From an uncultured Bacteroidales bacterium (GTDB taxonomy: Bacteria > Bacteroidota > Bacteroidia > Bacteroidales > DASQZP01): DNA of 64,000 nucleotides. Under the pieces are notes generated by a model, which saw nothing but the letters and a program-made list of their open reading frames with translations, made no database searches and had not been told where the DNA came from. The DNA lies in NCBI GenBank assembly GCA_963783315.1, contig CAWAMZ010000018.1:160718-224717 (forward strand), written 5' to 3'. Shown one piece after another: positions 50,248 to 60,350 of the stretch (the first letter of the stretch is position 1; each line of letters opens with the position of its first letter). Made by a program: the position numbers and the translations under genes.

Positions 50248-52578
50248 GTGCAGGAAGACTATCTGAAAGACTTAAATGACGTTCAACAACAGGCAGTAAC
50301 TTCGATCGATGGCCCTTCGCTGGTAATAGCCGGTGCAGGTTCAGGTAAAACCAGGGTACTTACCTATCGCATCGCCCACCTGTTGAGTAAAGGCAATGAT
50401 CCCAGGTCCATACTTTCACTTACATTTACCAACAAGGCGGCAAAGGAAATGAAAGAGCGGATCGGGCAGCTTGTTGGATTCGAAGTAGCCCGGAAATTAT
50501 GGATGGGAACATTTCACAGCATCTTTTCTAAAATTCTTCGCAGGGAAGCCGACAAACTTGGATATTCTTCCAACTTTACAATTTACGATACCCAGGACTC
50601 AAAAAATCTGGTGAAATCAATAATCAAGGAATTGAAGCTTGATGATCAGGTTTACAAAATCAATGAAGTATACGGGAGAATATCCTCTGCCAAAAATAAT
50701 CTGGTTACTGCCCGGGCTTATGTAACGAATGACCAGATCATGAAGATGGATGCCATGAACCGGAAGCCCAAAGTTGCCGATGTTTACAAATTATATGCAT
50801 TGCGATGCAAAAAGGCCGATGCTATGGATTTTGATGATCTGTTGCTGAATACAAATATTCTTTTTCGTGATTTTCCCGAAGTCCTGAGAAAATATCAGGA
50901 TTCATTCAGGTATATTCTGGTAGATGAGTATCAGGACACCAATTATGCACAGTATCTTATTGTGAAAAAACTGGCAGCCCGGCATAAAAATGTATGTGTT
51001 GTGGGTGACGATGCACAAAGTATTTACTCATTCAGGGGTGCAAAAATTGAAAACATATTAAATTTCCGGAACGATTACCCGGGATACAATATATTTAAAC
51101 TTGAGCAAAACTACCGGTCGACCCAGAACATCGTGAATGCTGCCAACAGCCTGATCCTTAAAAACAAGGACCAGATCAAGAAAAAAGTCTGGTCGGCCAA
51201 TGACACCGGGACCAGGATCCAGGTACTGGAGGCTTCAACTGACAACGAGGAAGGCTTTCTGGTTGCAGGCGCCATTAATGATACAATTTACAGGGAACAG
51301 GTTCAATACCGCGATATCGCTATTTTATACCGGACCAATGCACAATCGAGAATATTTGAGGAAGCATTGCGCAAAAAAAATATTCCCTACAAAGTATATG
51401 GCAGTTTGTCTTTTTATCAACGAAAAGAAATTAAGGACCTCCTCTCCTACTTCCGTCTCACTGTAAACCCCAATGATACAGAAGCGCTCAAGCGGGTTAT
51501 CAATTACCCTGCAAGAGGCATAGGCAACACCACTCAAAGCAGGATTGAAGAATATGCCAATGCAAATGATGTGAGCATGTGGGAAATTGTCACCCAGCCG
51601 GATGCTTATCCAATTGAACTGAATGCAGGAGTCAAAAAGAAACTGGTTGGCTTTAGTAACCTTATTAATAACTTCCGTTCCCTGCTCACCGAAACGGATG
51701 CCTATGAGCTGGCCAACCATATAGCCAATGCATCGGGTATACTTGAGGATCTTCATTTTAAAAACACCCCGGAGAATCTCAGTAAATATGAAAATATTCA
51801 GGAGTTGCTGAACAGTATCAAAGAATTTACCGATAACAGGACAGAAGATGAGGTAAAAACCCTTGATTATTACCTTGAAAATGTGGCTTTGCTTACAGAT
51901 GCCGATAACGAAAAGGAAGAAGATATAAACAAGGTGAGTATCATGACAATCCATGCTTCAAAAGGACTGGAGTTCGACTATGTTTTTATTGCCGGCATGG
52001 AAGAAGAGTTGTTCCCGTCACGGATGTCAATTACCCTGCCTCAGGACCTTGAAGAAGAAAGACGACTTTTCTACGTGGCTATAACCCGCGCCCGGAAGCA
52101 GGCTACCTTATCGTATGCATTTACCAGATACAAATGGGGTACACTCAGCCACAGCAACCCCAGCCGTTTTATTGAAGAAATAGACGGTGCCTATATTGAC
52201 CTGCCGGACAAAGAAGAAAGGAATAACCTGCAACGGTTTCAGCGCAAATCATACGGCGTTGCAGGGGGGGCTGACCAAAGTGCTGATCTTTTTTCAAGAA
52301 AAGGTACCCCATCTCAGGTAAACCCAGACATACAGCGAAAACTTACCCGCCTTAAAACCGCTTCAGCAGCAACTGCAAATAACAATGATGTGCCTTTTGA
52401 AGCCTCCGACCCCAATACTTTGAAAGAAGGAATGGTTGTTGAGCACCAGCGTTTTGGTACCGGCACAATAACTGCACTTGAGGGAAATTCCCCTAACATG
52501 AAAGCAACAGTAATGTTTAACGGTGCCGGTCAGAAGCAACTTTTACTGAAATTTGCCAAACTTAAAATAGTAAAATAA
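50248..52578 (+). CDS. ATP-dependent DNA helicase, UvrD/PcrA/Rep family (SF1)
   Basis: 776 aa. Walker A AGAGSGKTR; motif II ILVDEYQDTN; YRS...I; TIHASKGLEFD; a C-terminal UvrD_C_2-like tail. GTG start. Confidence 0.9.
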   Translation: MQEDYLKDLNDVQQQAVTSIDGPSLVIAGAGSGKTRVLTYRIAHLLSKGNDPRSILSLTFTNKAAKEMKERIGQLVGFEVARKLWMGTFHSIFSKILRREADKLGYSSNFTIYDTQDSKNLVKSIIKELKLDDQVYKINEVYGRISSAKNNLVTARAYVTNDQIMKMDAMNRKPKVADVYKLYALRCKKADAMDFDDLLLNTNILFRDFPEVLRKYQDSFRYILVDEYQDTNYAQYLIVKKLAARHKNVCVVGDDAQSIYSFRGAKIENILNFRNDYPGYNIFKLEQNYRSTQNIVNAANSLILKNKDQIKKKVWSANDTGTRIQVLEASTDNEEGFLVAGAINDTIYREQVQYRDIAILYRTNAQSRIFEEALRKKNIPYKVYGSLSFYQRKEIKDLLSYFRLTVNPNDTEALKRVINYPARGIGNTTQSRIEEYANANDVSMWEIVTQPDAYPIELNAGVKKKLVGFSNLINNFRSLLTETDAYELANHIANASGILEDLHFKNTPENLSKYENIQELLNSIKEFTDNRTEDEVKTLDYYLENVALLTDADNEKEEDINKVSIMTIHASKGLEFDYVFIAGMEEELFPSRMSITLPQDLEEERRLFYVAITRARKQATLSYAFTRYKWGTLSHSNPSRFIEEIDGAYIDLPDKEERNNLQRFQRKSYGVAGGADQSADLFSRKGTPSQVNPDIQRKLTRLKTASAATANNNDVPFEASDPNTLKEGMVVEHQRFGTGTITALEGNSPNMKATVMFNGAGQKQLLLKFAKLKIVK

Positions 52579-52676
52579 TTATAGTCAGTTCGGTTGAACC
52601 TCTCTCCTGTCAATTATTAAAAAGACAAAATCTTGTAATTATTATTTAATTCTTTGATACATATCATAAAAACATG

Positions 52677-52684
52677 TAGTTTTG
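52677..52684 (+). promoter_or_regulatory. Candidate TAnnTTTG -7 element for DUF4290-murA
   Basis: TAGTTTTG lies about 20 nt upstream of the ATG at 52704, implying a very short leader. Confidence 0.45.
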
Positions 52685-52703
52685 TAAAAAAACAAATTTA
52701 TCC

Positions 52704-53318
52704 ATGAACTACGATTATAATACAGGACGTAAAAATTTAGTTTTACCTGAATACGGACGAAACATACAGAAAATGGTTGATTACACCGTTTCTATTGAAG
52801 ACGATAAGGAACGTAATCGCGCAGCTCGTGCCATTATTGCTATTATGGGCAATATGAATCCACACCTGCGGGATGTTACTGATTTTAAGCACAAACTCTG
52901 GGATCATCTGGCTATTATGTCAGACTTTAAGCTTACAATTGACTCTCCTTATGCACCGCCCTCACAGGAAAAATTACGGGAAAGACCCAGGTCCGTTCCT
53001 TACCAGACCAATCATATCCGTTATAAACATTACGGCAGGGCTGTTGAGATGATGATTCAGAAAGCTACAGAAATGCCGGATGGGGTTGAAAAATCAGTCC
53101 TGACCCAGCTAATTGCCAATCACATGAAAAAGTCATATCTGACCTGGAACCGTGAAGTCGTTACGGATGATATTATTTTTCAGGATATAGAGGAATTATC
53201 AAACGGTAATCTTATTCCGGATAAATCAATGAAATTGCCTGAAACAAAAGATATTCTTTCAAAAACCAAAAAAAGCCCACCTCCAAGAAAGCAGGGAAAA
53301 AGAAAGCAGAATAAATAG
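52704..53318 (+). CDS. DUF4290 domain-containing protein (conserved Bacteroidota protein of unknown function)
   Basis: N-terminus YNT.R..L.LPEYGRNIQKMVDY...ERN.AA..II..MG.MNPHLRD, as I recall for DUF4290. It lies directly upstream of murA, the usual Bacteroidota arrangement. Confidence 0.75.
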   Translation: MNYDYNTGRKNLVLPEYGRNIQKMVDYTVSIEDDKERNRAARAIIAIMGNMNPHLRDVTDFKHKLWDHLAIMSDFKLTIDSPYAPPSQEKLRERPRSVPYQTNHIRYKHYGRAVEMMIQKATEMPDGVEKSVLTQLIANHMKKSYLTWNREVVTDDIIFQDIEELSNGNLIPDKSMKLPETKDILSKTKKSPPPRKQGKRKQNK

Positions 53319-53365
53319 AGCACATTGACAGGTCACTAACTATACCGTAGTTTTACCATTTCTTC

Positions 53366-54673
53366 ATGAGCAGTTTTGAAATAAAAGGCGGTAATCCCCT
53401 ACAGGGAGAAATCATTCCCCAGGGAGCGAAAAATGAAGCACTTCAGGTTATTTGTGCTGCATTGCTCACTTCGGAACCTGTTATTATTCATAATATTCCT
53501 GTTATTAGAGACGTGATCAACCTGATTGATCTGATGGAAAGTTTAGGGGTCAGGGTTGAAAAGCAAGCCCCCGGATCCTATCTCTTTGAAGCGCACAATA
53601 TAAATATTGATTACTTATTGACCGATGAATTCAGGGAAAAAGGATCAAGTCTTCGCGGTTCAGTCATGATCATCGGGCCTCTGCTGGCTCGTTTTCACAA
53701 AGCATTTATACCTCGTCCCGGTGGGGATAAAATAGGAAGAAGGCGGCTGGATACACATTTTACAGGCCTCCAAAAACTTGGTGCCCGTTTTTCATTCAAC
53801 CACCTTGATAATTTTTACAGGGTTGAAGCAGAAAACATGAAAGGCACCTATATGCTGCTGGATGAAGCATCTGTAACAGGTACAGCAAATTTGCTAATGG
53901 CAGCTGTTTTAACACCCGGCAAAACGATCCTGTATAATGCAGCCTGTGAACCCTATGTTCAGCAGCTCTGTAAAATGCTGGTATCAATGGGAGCAAAAAT
54001 AGGCGGCATTGGCTCAAACCTGCTTACCATAGAGGGAGTTGAATCCCTTTCTGGATGTGAGCATACTCTTCTGCCGGATATGATCGAGATCGGTAGTTTT
54101 ATTGGTCTGGCCGCACTTACACATTCTGAAATTCTTATCAAAAATGTATCCTACGCCAACCTGGGTATCATACCTGATTCATTCAGAAGACTGGGAATTA
54201 CAATTGAACAAATTGATGATGATATAAGAATTCCGCGGCAGCATGAATATGAAATTGAAACCTTCATTGATGGTTCGATAATGACAATTGCTGATGCACC
54301 ATGGCCTGGCTTAACTCCCGATTTACTGAGCGTAATGCTGGTTGTTGCCACGCAGGCCAAAGGCAGTGTGCTAATACATCAAAAAATGTTCGAAAGTCGA
54401 TTGTTTTTCGTTGATAAACTTATTGATATGGGAGCTCAGATTATTCTTTGCGACCCCCATCGTGCCACAGTGATCGGTCTGAATAACCAGTATCAGCTTC
54501 GTCCCACCACAATGACATCGCCGGATATCAGGGCCGGTGTGGCTCTGCTAATAGCCGCCCTCTCTGCAGGCGGTACAAGTACGATACATAATATAGAACA
54601 AATTGACCGGGGCTACCAGGAAATTGATGTCCGTCTGGCCCAACTGGGTGCTGAAATTAAACGGATTTCATAA
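53366..54673 (+). CDS. murA: UDP-N-acetylglucosamine 1-carboxyvinyltransferase
   Basis: 435 aa. F.I.GG..L.GEI...GAKNEAL...CAALLT; active-site loop PRPGGDKIGRRRLDTH (Asp where E. coli has Cys115); C-terminal I.QIDRGY..ID..L..LGA.I. Confidence 0.95.
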   Translation: MSSFEIKGGNPLQGEIIPQGAKNEALQVICAALLTSEPVIIHNIPVIRDVINLIDLMESLGVRVEKQAPGSYLFEAHNINIDYLLTDEFREKGSSLRGSVMIIGPLLARFHKAFIPRPGGDKIGRRRLDTHFTGLQKLGARFSFNHLDNFYRVEAENMKGTYMLLDEASVTGTANLLMAAVLTPGKTILYNAACEPYVQQLCKMLVSMGAKIGGIGSNLLTIEGVESLSGCEHTLLPDMIEIGSFIGLAALTHSEILIKNVSYANLGIIPDSFRRLGITIEQIDDDIRIPRQHEYEIETFIDGSIMTIADAPWPGLTPDLLSVMLVVATQAKGSVLIHQKMFESRLFFVDKLIDMGAQIILCDPHRATVIGLNNQYQLRPTTMTSPDIRAGVALLIAALSAGGTSTIHNIEQIDRGYQEIDVRLAQLGAEIKRIS

Positions 54674-54922
54674 ACTTAATTTACCTGGTGATTGCTCGCT
54701 GCATGTTCTAATCCATACACACCACTGCATAAGTCTCTATCCTGCTAATTATCAGTTAATACATTAATGATTCCTGCATGATTTCATGTGCCTGGCATCA
54801 AAAATGAATTCATCTTTATGCCTGTCAAATTGTCGCCCTCCTGTTAATTGGCAAAATATTTGTTTCTTTGCAGCAGTTTAATGCAGAAGTAATTGATGTG
54901 GAAATTAAAACAATTAAAGTTT

Positions 54923-55594
54923 ATGGCAAAGAAAGTAAAAGACACAGAAGGAAAAAATAATCAGCATAAAACTACACAACACAATAAGAATAAGGAAACT
55001 AAGGATAAAATGAATAATGAAACACAGGCTGAAAAACAAGATCAGCATCCCGGGGAAGACCAGGTGAACGACAATCAGATTGAAAATAATCCAACAGAAA
55101 AACCTGAAAATGAAAGTGTTGTCACAGAAGTTAATGATATGGAATCGAAACTTGCAGATTTCGAACTCCAGGTACAGGAATTAAAAGATAAATATATCAG
55201 GCTTTCTGCTGAATTTGATAATTACCGTAAACGTACCCTGAAGGAAAAAATGGAACTGTCGAAATCTGCAGGTGAAGACATATTAACCAGCATCTTACCG
55301 GTTGTCGATGATTTTGACCGTGCAGTTAAATCCATTGATGAGGCAAAGGATATTGTAGCCATAAAGGAAGGTGTGCATTTAATTTATGCCAAGTTTAAAG
55401 AGTTTCTCACTCAGAAGGGCATAAAAGAAATTGATGCACTTCATAAAGAATTTGACACAGATGAACACGAAGCACTGACAAAAATTCCGGCACCTGAAAA
55501 AGATCTGAAAGGGAAAGTGATAGATGTGATAGAAAAAGGATATTTACTAAATGATAAAGTGATCCGATTTTCAAAAGTAGTTGTAGGTGAATAA
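54923..55594 (+). CDS. grpE: Nucleotide exchange factor GrpE with an N-terminal low-complexity extension
   Basis: Core [21 protein letters not shown]...LPV.DDFDRA...F..EA........V..V.EKGY.L.DKVIR...V.V. The probable start is ATG 54923 (MAKKVKD). Confidence 0.9.
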   Translation: MAKKVKDTEGKNNQHKTTQHNKNKETKDKMNNETQAEKQDQHPGEDQVNDNQIENNPTEKPENESVVTEVNDMESKLADFELQVQELKDKYIRLSAEFDNYRKRTLKEKMELSKSAGEDILTSILPVVDDFDRAVKSIDEAKDIVAIKEGVHLIYAKFKEFLTQKGIKEIDALHKEFDTDEHEALTKIPAPEKDLKGKVIDVIEKGYLLNDKVIRFSKVVVGE

Positions 55595-55611
55595 ACAGAA
55601 AAGAATATAAC

Positions 55612-56763
55612 ATGGCAAAAAGAGATTATTACGAAGTTCTTGACATATCAAAGAGTGCTACCAAAGAAGAGATCAAAAAGGCTTACCGGAAACAGGCCCT
55701 CCGATATCATCCCGACAAAAATCCCGGAGATGAGTCAGCAGAGGAAAAGTTTAAAGAAGCTGCAGAAGCCTATGAAGTATTGAGTAACGATCAGAAAAGG
55801 TCTCGATATGATCAGTTCGGACATGCCGGTGTAGGTGGTTCTGCTGGTGGTGGCTTTGGTGGTGGTGGAATGACCATGGAAGATATCTTTTCTCATTTTG
55901 GTGATATTTTTGGCGGTGGCTTTGGTGGCTTTGGCGGCTTTGGCGGAGGCGGTCAACGCGGTCGCCGGGTGCATAAAGGATCGAACCTTCGTGTAAAAGT
56001 GAAGTTAAACCTGAAAGAAGTGGCCAATGGCGTTGAGAAGAAACTTCGGGTAAACAAATATGTTGCCTGCAAGGACTGCAACGGTACCGGCGCCGAAAAC
56101 GAATCATCATACAGTGATTGTTCCATGTGTCATGGCACCGGACAGGTAACCAGAATCTCCAATACTTTCCTTGGACAGATGCAGACAACAACCACCTGTC
56201 CGAATTGTGGCGGCGAGGGTAAAATAATCACCCAGAAATGCACTGCCTGCCATGGAGAAGGAATCGTAAAAGATCAGGAAGTAATTTCTGTGAATATTCC
56301 TGCCGGAGTAGCTGAAGGAATGCAAATGACTGTCAGCGGCAAGGGGAATGCGGCCCGCAGGGGTGGCATTAATGGTGATTTGCTGGTCATAATTACTGAA
56401 GAACCACATCCCGAACTGGTCAGGGATGGGAATGACCTGTTTTACAATCTTTTCCTCAGTTTCCCGGAAGCAGCACTGGGATCACCTGCCGAAGTACCAA
56501 CTGTAGATGGTAAAGTAAAGATAAAAATAGATGCAGGTACACAGCCAGGCAAAATATTACGGCTCAGGGGAAAAGGACTTCCGGATGTTAACGGTTACGG
56601 GAAGGGTGATTTATTGGTTAATATCAATGTGTGGGTACCAAAGAAACTTTCAAAAGAGGAAGCAAAACTGATTGAAAAAATGAAGGAATCGGAAAATTTT
56701 GAACCGGCTCCGGACTCATCTGAAAAGAATTTTTTCGAGAAAATGAAAAGTTATTTTGAATAA
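55612..56763 (+). CDS. dnaJ: Molecular chaperone DnaJ
   Basis: J domain (DYYEVL....A...[17 protein letters not shown]), G/F region, and four CxxCxGxG zinc-finger repeats ([32 protein letters not shown]). Confidence 0.97.
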   Translation: MAKRDYYEVLDISKSATKEEIKKAYRKQALRYHPDKNPGDESAEEKFKEAAEAYEVLSNDQKRSRYDQFGHAGVGGSAGGGFGGGGMTMEDIFSHFGDIFGGGFGGFGGFGGGGQRGRRVHKGSNLRVKVKLNLKEVANGVEKKLRVNKYVACKDCNGTGAENESSYSDCSMCHGTGQVTRISNTFLGQMQTTTTCPNCGGEGKIITQKCTACHGEGIVKDQEVISVNIPAGVAEGMQMTVSGKGNAARRGGINGDLLVIITEEPHPELVRDGNDLFYNLFLSFPEAALGSPAEVPTVDGKVKIKIDAGTQPGKILRLRGKGLPDVNGYGKGDLLVNINVWVPKKLSKEEAKLIEKMKESENFEPAPDSSEKNFFEKMKSYFE

Positions 56764-56943
56764 TTTTATATATTTATCAACTGAAACACTCAATTTTCTT
56801 AAGATTTATTATCAGGTGCCCTTACCTGTTTTCAGACTAAAGCTCTATATTGCTGAGTAATACCGAAAACCGGCTATGGGCTTTTTGATTTCATAAATGA
56901 ACTGATTGAAGTACTAACTGTAAGGTAAATGCAATTCTAAACT

Positions 56944-57897
56944 ATGGAAATTTTTAAGGCCGGCCACATTGAAAAAAAATACGGCAACTTCTTTGCTCTC
57001 AACGATGTGAGTATTAGCGTACCACAGGGAAGTGTTTTTGGGTTACTTGGTCCAAACGGAGCAGGAAAAACAACACTCATAAGAATTATCAATCAGATAA
57101 CAGCTCCTGATAAAGGTTCCCTGACATTTAAAGGTCGTTCTTTAAAGCCTGAGGATGTTGCACATATTGGATATCTGCCTGAAGAGCGTGGTTTGTACAA
57201 AAAAATGAAAGCCGGGGAGCAGGCCCTATATCTTGCCAGATTAAGGGGTGTACCCAAAGATGTGGCACTGAAAAAGCTGAAGGAATGGTTTGAAAAATTT
57301 GATCTTGCTCCATGGTGGGATAAGAAAGTAGAAGAGCTTTCCAAGGGCATGCAACAAAAAATTCAGTTTATTGTAACCATTTTACACGAACCGGAATTGC
57401 TGATATTTGATGAACCATTCAGTGGATTTGATCCCATCAATGCCAATCTGTTAAAAAAAGAAATCCTGAATATGAAAGCGAAAGGATCAACTATTATCTT
57501 TTCGACACATAACATGGGATCTGTTGAGGAACTATGTGATTTTATTACCCTGATTAATAAATCAAAATGCATACTGGAAGGACCAATTGATAAAGTACGC
57601 GAAAATTATAAGTCCAATATTTATGAACTGGGGTTTACCGGTGATGCAGATAAACTGAAGGCATCACTTGACGGTAATTATGAAATTATTGAAATATCAG
57701 GACAGCAGGGAATTAAAAAAGCCCTTATTAAAATCAGGCAAATCAATCCCACAGAAAATCAGCTCTTGTCTTCTATTATTGATAAAGTACACATTATTTC
57801 ATTTACCGAAGTACTCCCAAATATGAATGAAATATTTATTAAAGCAGTGCAGGATGCAAGCATGTCAATACCTGAGGAGATGAAAGTCCGGCAATAA
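56944..57897 (+). CDS. ABC transporter ATP-binding protein (ABC-2/NatA-like)
   Basis: Walker A GPNGAGKTT, signature LSKGMQQK, Walker B LLIFDEP, H-loop STH; extra C-terminal domain. Confidence 0.9.
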   Translation: MEIFKAGHIEKKYGNFFALNDVSISVPQGSVFGLLGPNGAGKTTLIRIINQITAPDKGSLTFKGRSLKPEDVAHIGYLPEERGLYKKMKAGEQALYLARLRGVPKDVALKKLKEWFEKFDLAPWWDKKVEELSKGMQQKIQFIVTILHEPELLIFDEPFSGFDPINANLLKKEILNMKAKGSTIIFSTHNMGSVEELCDFITLINKSKCILEGPIDKVRENYKSNIYELGFTGDADKLKASLDGNYEIIEISGQQGIKKALIKIRQINPTENQLLSSIIDKVHIISFTEVLPNMNEIFIKAVQDASMSIPEEMKVRQ

Positions 57898-57955
57898 TAA
57901 AAAATTAATCCACTAAACAATATTAATCTAATTTTTTAAACTAAACCGCTAAAGA

Positions 57956-59311
57956 ATGGGGAAGATAAATCTGATTATTCAGCGCGAATACCTTACAAGG
58001 GTGAGAAAAAAATCATTTCTGATTATGACCATCCTCGGACCGATTCTTTTTGCTGCTTTCCTGATTGTACCTGCCTGGCTGGCTACAATTCAGGATACTG
58101 AAGAAAAAGTAATCGCAGTGGTTGACAACTCCGGTTTGTTCAATAATAAAATACCGGATACCGAGTACCTGAGTTTCAGGTATCTTGATAATGCCAACCT
58201 TGACAGCCTTAAAAAAGATTTCAAACAAAAGGGATATTATGGTATCCTGTTTATTCCGGAGATTGTAACCTATTCACCTAATTCAGTTGAACTTTTTTCT
58301 GATAAACAGCCCAGCCTGAGTATTAAAACACATATTTCCAGCGCATTGGAGAAGGAAATAGAAAACAAGAAGCTGAAAGCCCATAACATCGAAAATCTTG
58401 ATGAGATACTTGAATCAGTTAAAACAAGTGTGCATATAAACACCATAAAAATCACTGAAAGCGGAACCGAAAAACAAAGCAGTACCGGAATTGCTATGGT
58501 TGTAGGGTATGCAGCCGGTTTTCTGATCTACTTCTTTATTTTCCTTTTTGGGGCTCAGGTGATGAGAGGGGTTCTGGAAGAGAAAACCAATCGCATTGTT
58601 GAATTAATGGTTTCATCAGTAAAGCCTTTCCAGCTAATGATGGGTAAAATCATTGGATTGGCTCTTGTAGGACTAACCCAGTTTATTTTGTGGATTTTGC
58701 TTACATTTGGACTGGTTGCCGCGGGTCAGTCAATTCTTTTCCCCGACCTAAACAAAACAGCAACGGAAAAAGTCACATCACAACAATATTTCTCTTCTCC
58801 AGCTTCTGCAGATCAGAATAATGAGTCGCAACTTTCTGTCGCTTCGGATGATGTGAATCAAATAAAAGATATCCTGCAGTCATTAAAAAATATAAATTTT
58901 GGTGCCATGATCGGTTCCTTTATTTTCTATTTTCTCGGAGGGTATCTTCTTTATGCCTCATTATTTGCAGCCATTGGTTCAGCCGTTGACAACGAAACGG
59001 ATACCCAGCAATTCATGTTTCCAATTACCATCCCTCTGATCTTAGGCATTTTTGTAATGCTTAACACCATCAACAACCCCGAAGGCTCAATCGCTTTCTG
59101 GTTCTCCATTATACCATTTACATCTCCAATTGTAATGATGGTGCGGATTCCCTTTGGTGTCCCTTACTGGCAACTTGCCCTGTCCATGGGCTTGCTTGTT
59201 CTAACGTTTATAGGAACTACCTGGCTTGCTGCCAAAATTTACCGCACAGGCATTCTCATGTATGGTAAAAAAGTGAATTATAAGGAACTATGGAAGTGGT
59301 TAAAATATTGA
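57956..59311 (+). CDS. ABC-2 family transporter permease (NatB-like)
   Basis: 451 aa. An N-terminal TM segment, a large extracytoplasmic loop, then about 5 C-terminal TM segments. Lies immediately downstream of the ABC ATPase. Confidence 0.75.
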   Translation: MGKINLIIQREYLTRVRKKSFLIMTILGPILFAAFLIVPAWLATIQDTEEKVIAVVDNSGLFNNKIPDTEYLSFRYLDNANLDSLKKDFKQKGYYGILFIPEIVTYSPNSVELFSDKQPSLSIKTHISSALEKEIENKKLKAHNIENLDEILESVKTSVHINTIKITESGTEKQSSTGIAMVVGYAAGFLIYFFIFLFGAQVMRGVLEEKTNRIVELMVSSVKPFQLMMGKIIGLALVGLTQFILWILLTFGLVAAGQSILFPDLNKTATEKVTSQQYFSSPASADQNNESQLSVASDDVNQIKDILQSLKNINFGAMIGSFIFYFLGGYLLYASLFAAIGSAVDNETDTQQFMFPITIPLILGIFVMLNTINNPEGSIAFWFSIIPFTSPIVMMVRIPFGVPYWQLALSMGLLVLTFIGTTWLAAKIYRTGILMYGKKVNYKELWKWLKY

Positions 59312-59326
59312 AAAATATTTTCCCAG

Positions 59327-59353
59327 AAAGGGCACCAACCGTGCCCTTTTTTT
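59327..59353 (+). terminator. Rho-independent terminator of the ABC transporter operon
   Basis: AAAGGGCAC (59327-59335) pairs with GTGCCCTTT (59341-59349) around a 5-nt loop, with a T-tract running to 59353. Confidence 0.85.
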
Positions 59354-59403
59354 ATGACCCATACTTTTTGAAGAATTACTAACAATATTTAAATACTCAT
59401 AAA

Positions 59404-60336
59404 ATGCGAATAGCTGTTATTGATCTTGGTACCAACACTTTTAATCTGCTAATAGTAGATTCAGATAAAAATGGTACTTACTCAATATTGGTGAATGAAA
59501 AGCTTCCCGTGAAACTTGGCGCAGGAGGCATTGGAAAACGCATAATTACCCCCGAAGCCGTTGAACGCGGCATTGCCGCATTAAAGGAACAAAAGAAAAC
59601 AATTGATAACTATCACACAGATCATATTCATGCATTTGCAACATCAGCCATTCGGAGTGCCGATAATGGAAAGGAATTCGCTGACAGGATAAAAAAGGAG
59701 GTGGGGATTAATCTGGAAATCATCACTGGTGAAAAAGAAGCCGAACTGATATTCAAAGGCATTTCACAATCAGTACCACTTGACGATGAGAAAATACTTG
59801 TCCTTGATATCGGTGGAGGCAGTAATGAATTGATAATTGGTGATAAAAACAGAATTTACTGGAAAAAAAGTTTCAATCTGGGAATCGCACGACTTCTTGA
59901 AAGTTTTGAACCATCGGATCCGATTACACACAGTGAGATTACACTCGTAGAATCTTTTCTTGAAAGTGAATTACAATCCCTGTTTTCAGCTGTCAGGGAG
60001 CATCAGCCCTCAACAATGATCGGCGCATCCGGTTCATTTGACTCTTTCCGTTCCATGATTGAGCTATCATCTACTGAAGCCATTAATCAAATAAGTTCAT
60101 CAGCCGTAAGCATAAACATGAAGGCTTTCAATGACCTTCATAAGAGATTAGTTGCTTCAACATTCGAAGAAAGAAAGCAGATGAAAGGATTGGAGCCAAT
60201 GCGAATTGAAATGATTGTGCTTGCCGCTATTTTTACTAAATTTACGATGGAGAAATGCAGCATTAAGCAGCTTATCCAGTCTGATTACGCTTTAAAAGAA
60301 GGAGTAATCAAAGATTTAATATTATGTTATACCTGA
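59404..60336 (+). CDS. Ppx/GppA family phosphatase (exopolyphosphatase / pppGpp phosphohydrolase N-terminal domains only)
   Basis: 310 aa. MRIAVIDLGTNTFNLLI..., ...ATSA.R.A.N, E....I.G..EA.L...G, LDIGGGS.E. This is the ASKHA-fold Ppx-GppA signature. Confidence 0.8.
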   Translation: MRIAVIDLGTNTFNLLIVDSDKNGTYSILVNEKLPVKLGAGGIGKRIITPEAVERGIAALKEQKKTIDNYHTDHIHAFATSAIRSADNGKEFADRIKKEVGINLEIITGEKEAELIFKGISQSVPLDDEKILVLDIGGGSNELIIGDKNRIYWKKSFNLGIARLLESFEPSDPITHSEITLVESFLESELQSLFSAVREHQPSTMIGASGSFDSFRSMIELSSTEAINQISSSAVSINMKAFNDLHKRLVASTFEERKQMKGLEPMRIEMIVLAAIFTKFTMEKCSIKQLIQSDYALKEGVIKDLILCYT

Positions 60337-60350
60337 AACACACTTGAAAA

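Noticed and set aside
54674-54922. Search for a CIRCE (TTAGCACTC-N9-GAGTGCTAA) or other heat-shock operator upstream of grpE-dnaJ
   Set aside because: No CIRCE-like inverted repeat is present; only short CATG-type micro-palindromes that are not distinctive. Regulation of this operon cannot be inferred from sequence here.
55735-56409. Minus-strand ORFs opposite the dnaJ G/F and zinc-finger regions (55735-55974, 55751-56191, 56107-56409)
   Set aside because: These are antisense to a repetitive GGC/GGT-rich coding segment, which keeps alternative frames open. There is no independent support for them.
57263-57278. Sigma-54-like -24/-12 spacing: TGGCACTGAAAAAGCT, with GG and GC 12 nt apart
   Set aside because: It lies inside the ABC ATPase coding sequence, lacks the TTGC -12 core and has no downstream gene start. 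It is most likely chance. No better TGGCAC-N5-TTGC site was seen upstream of any gene in the window.
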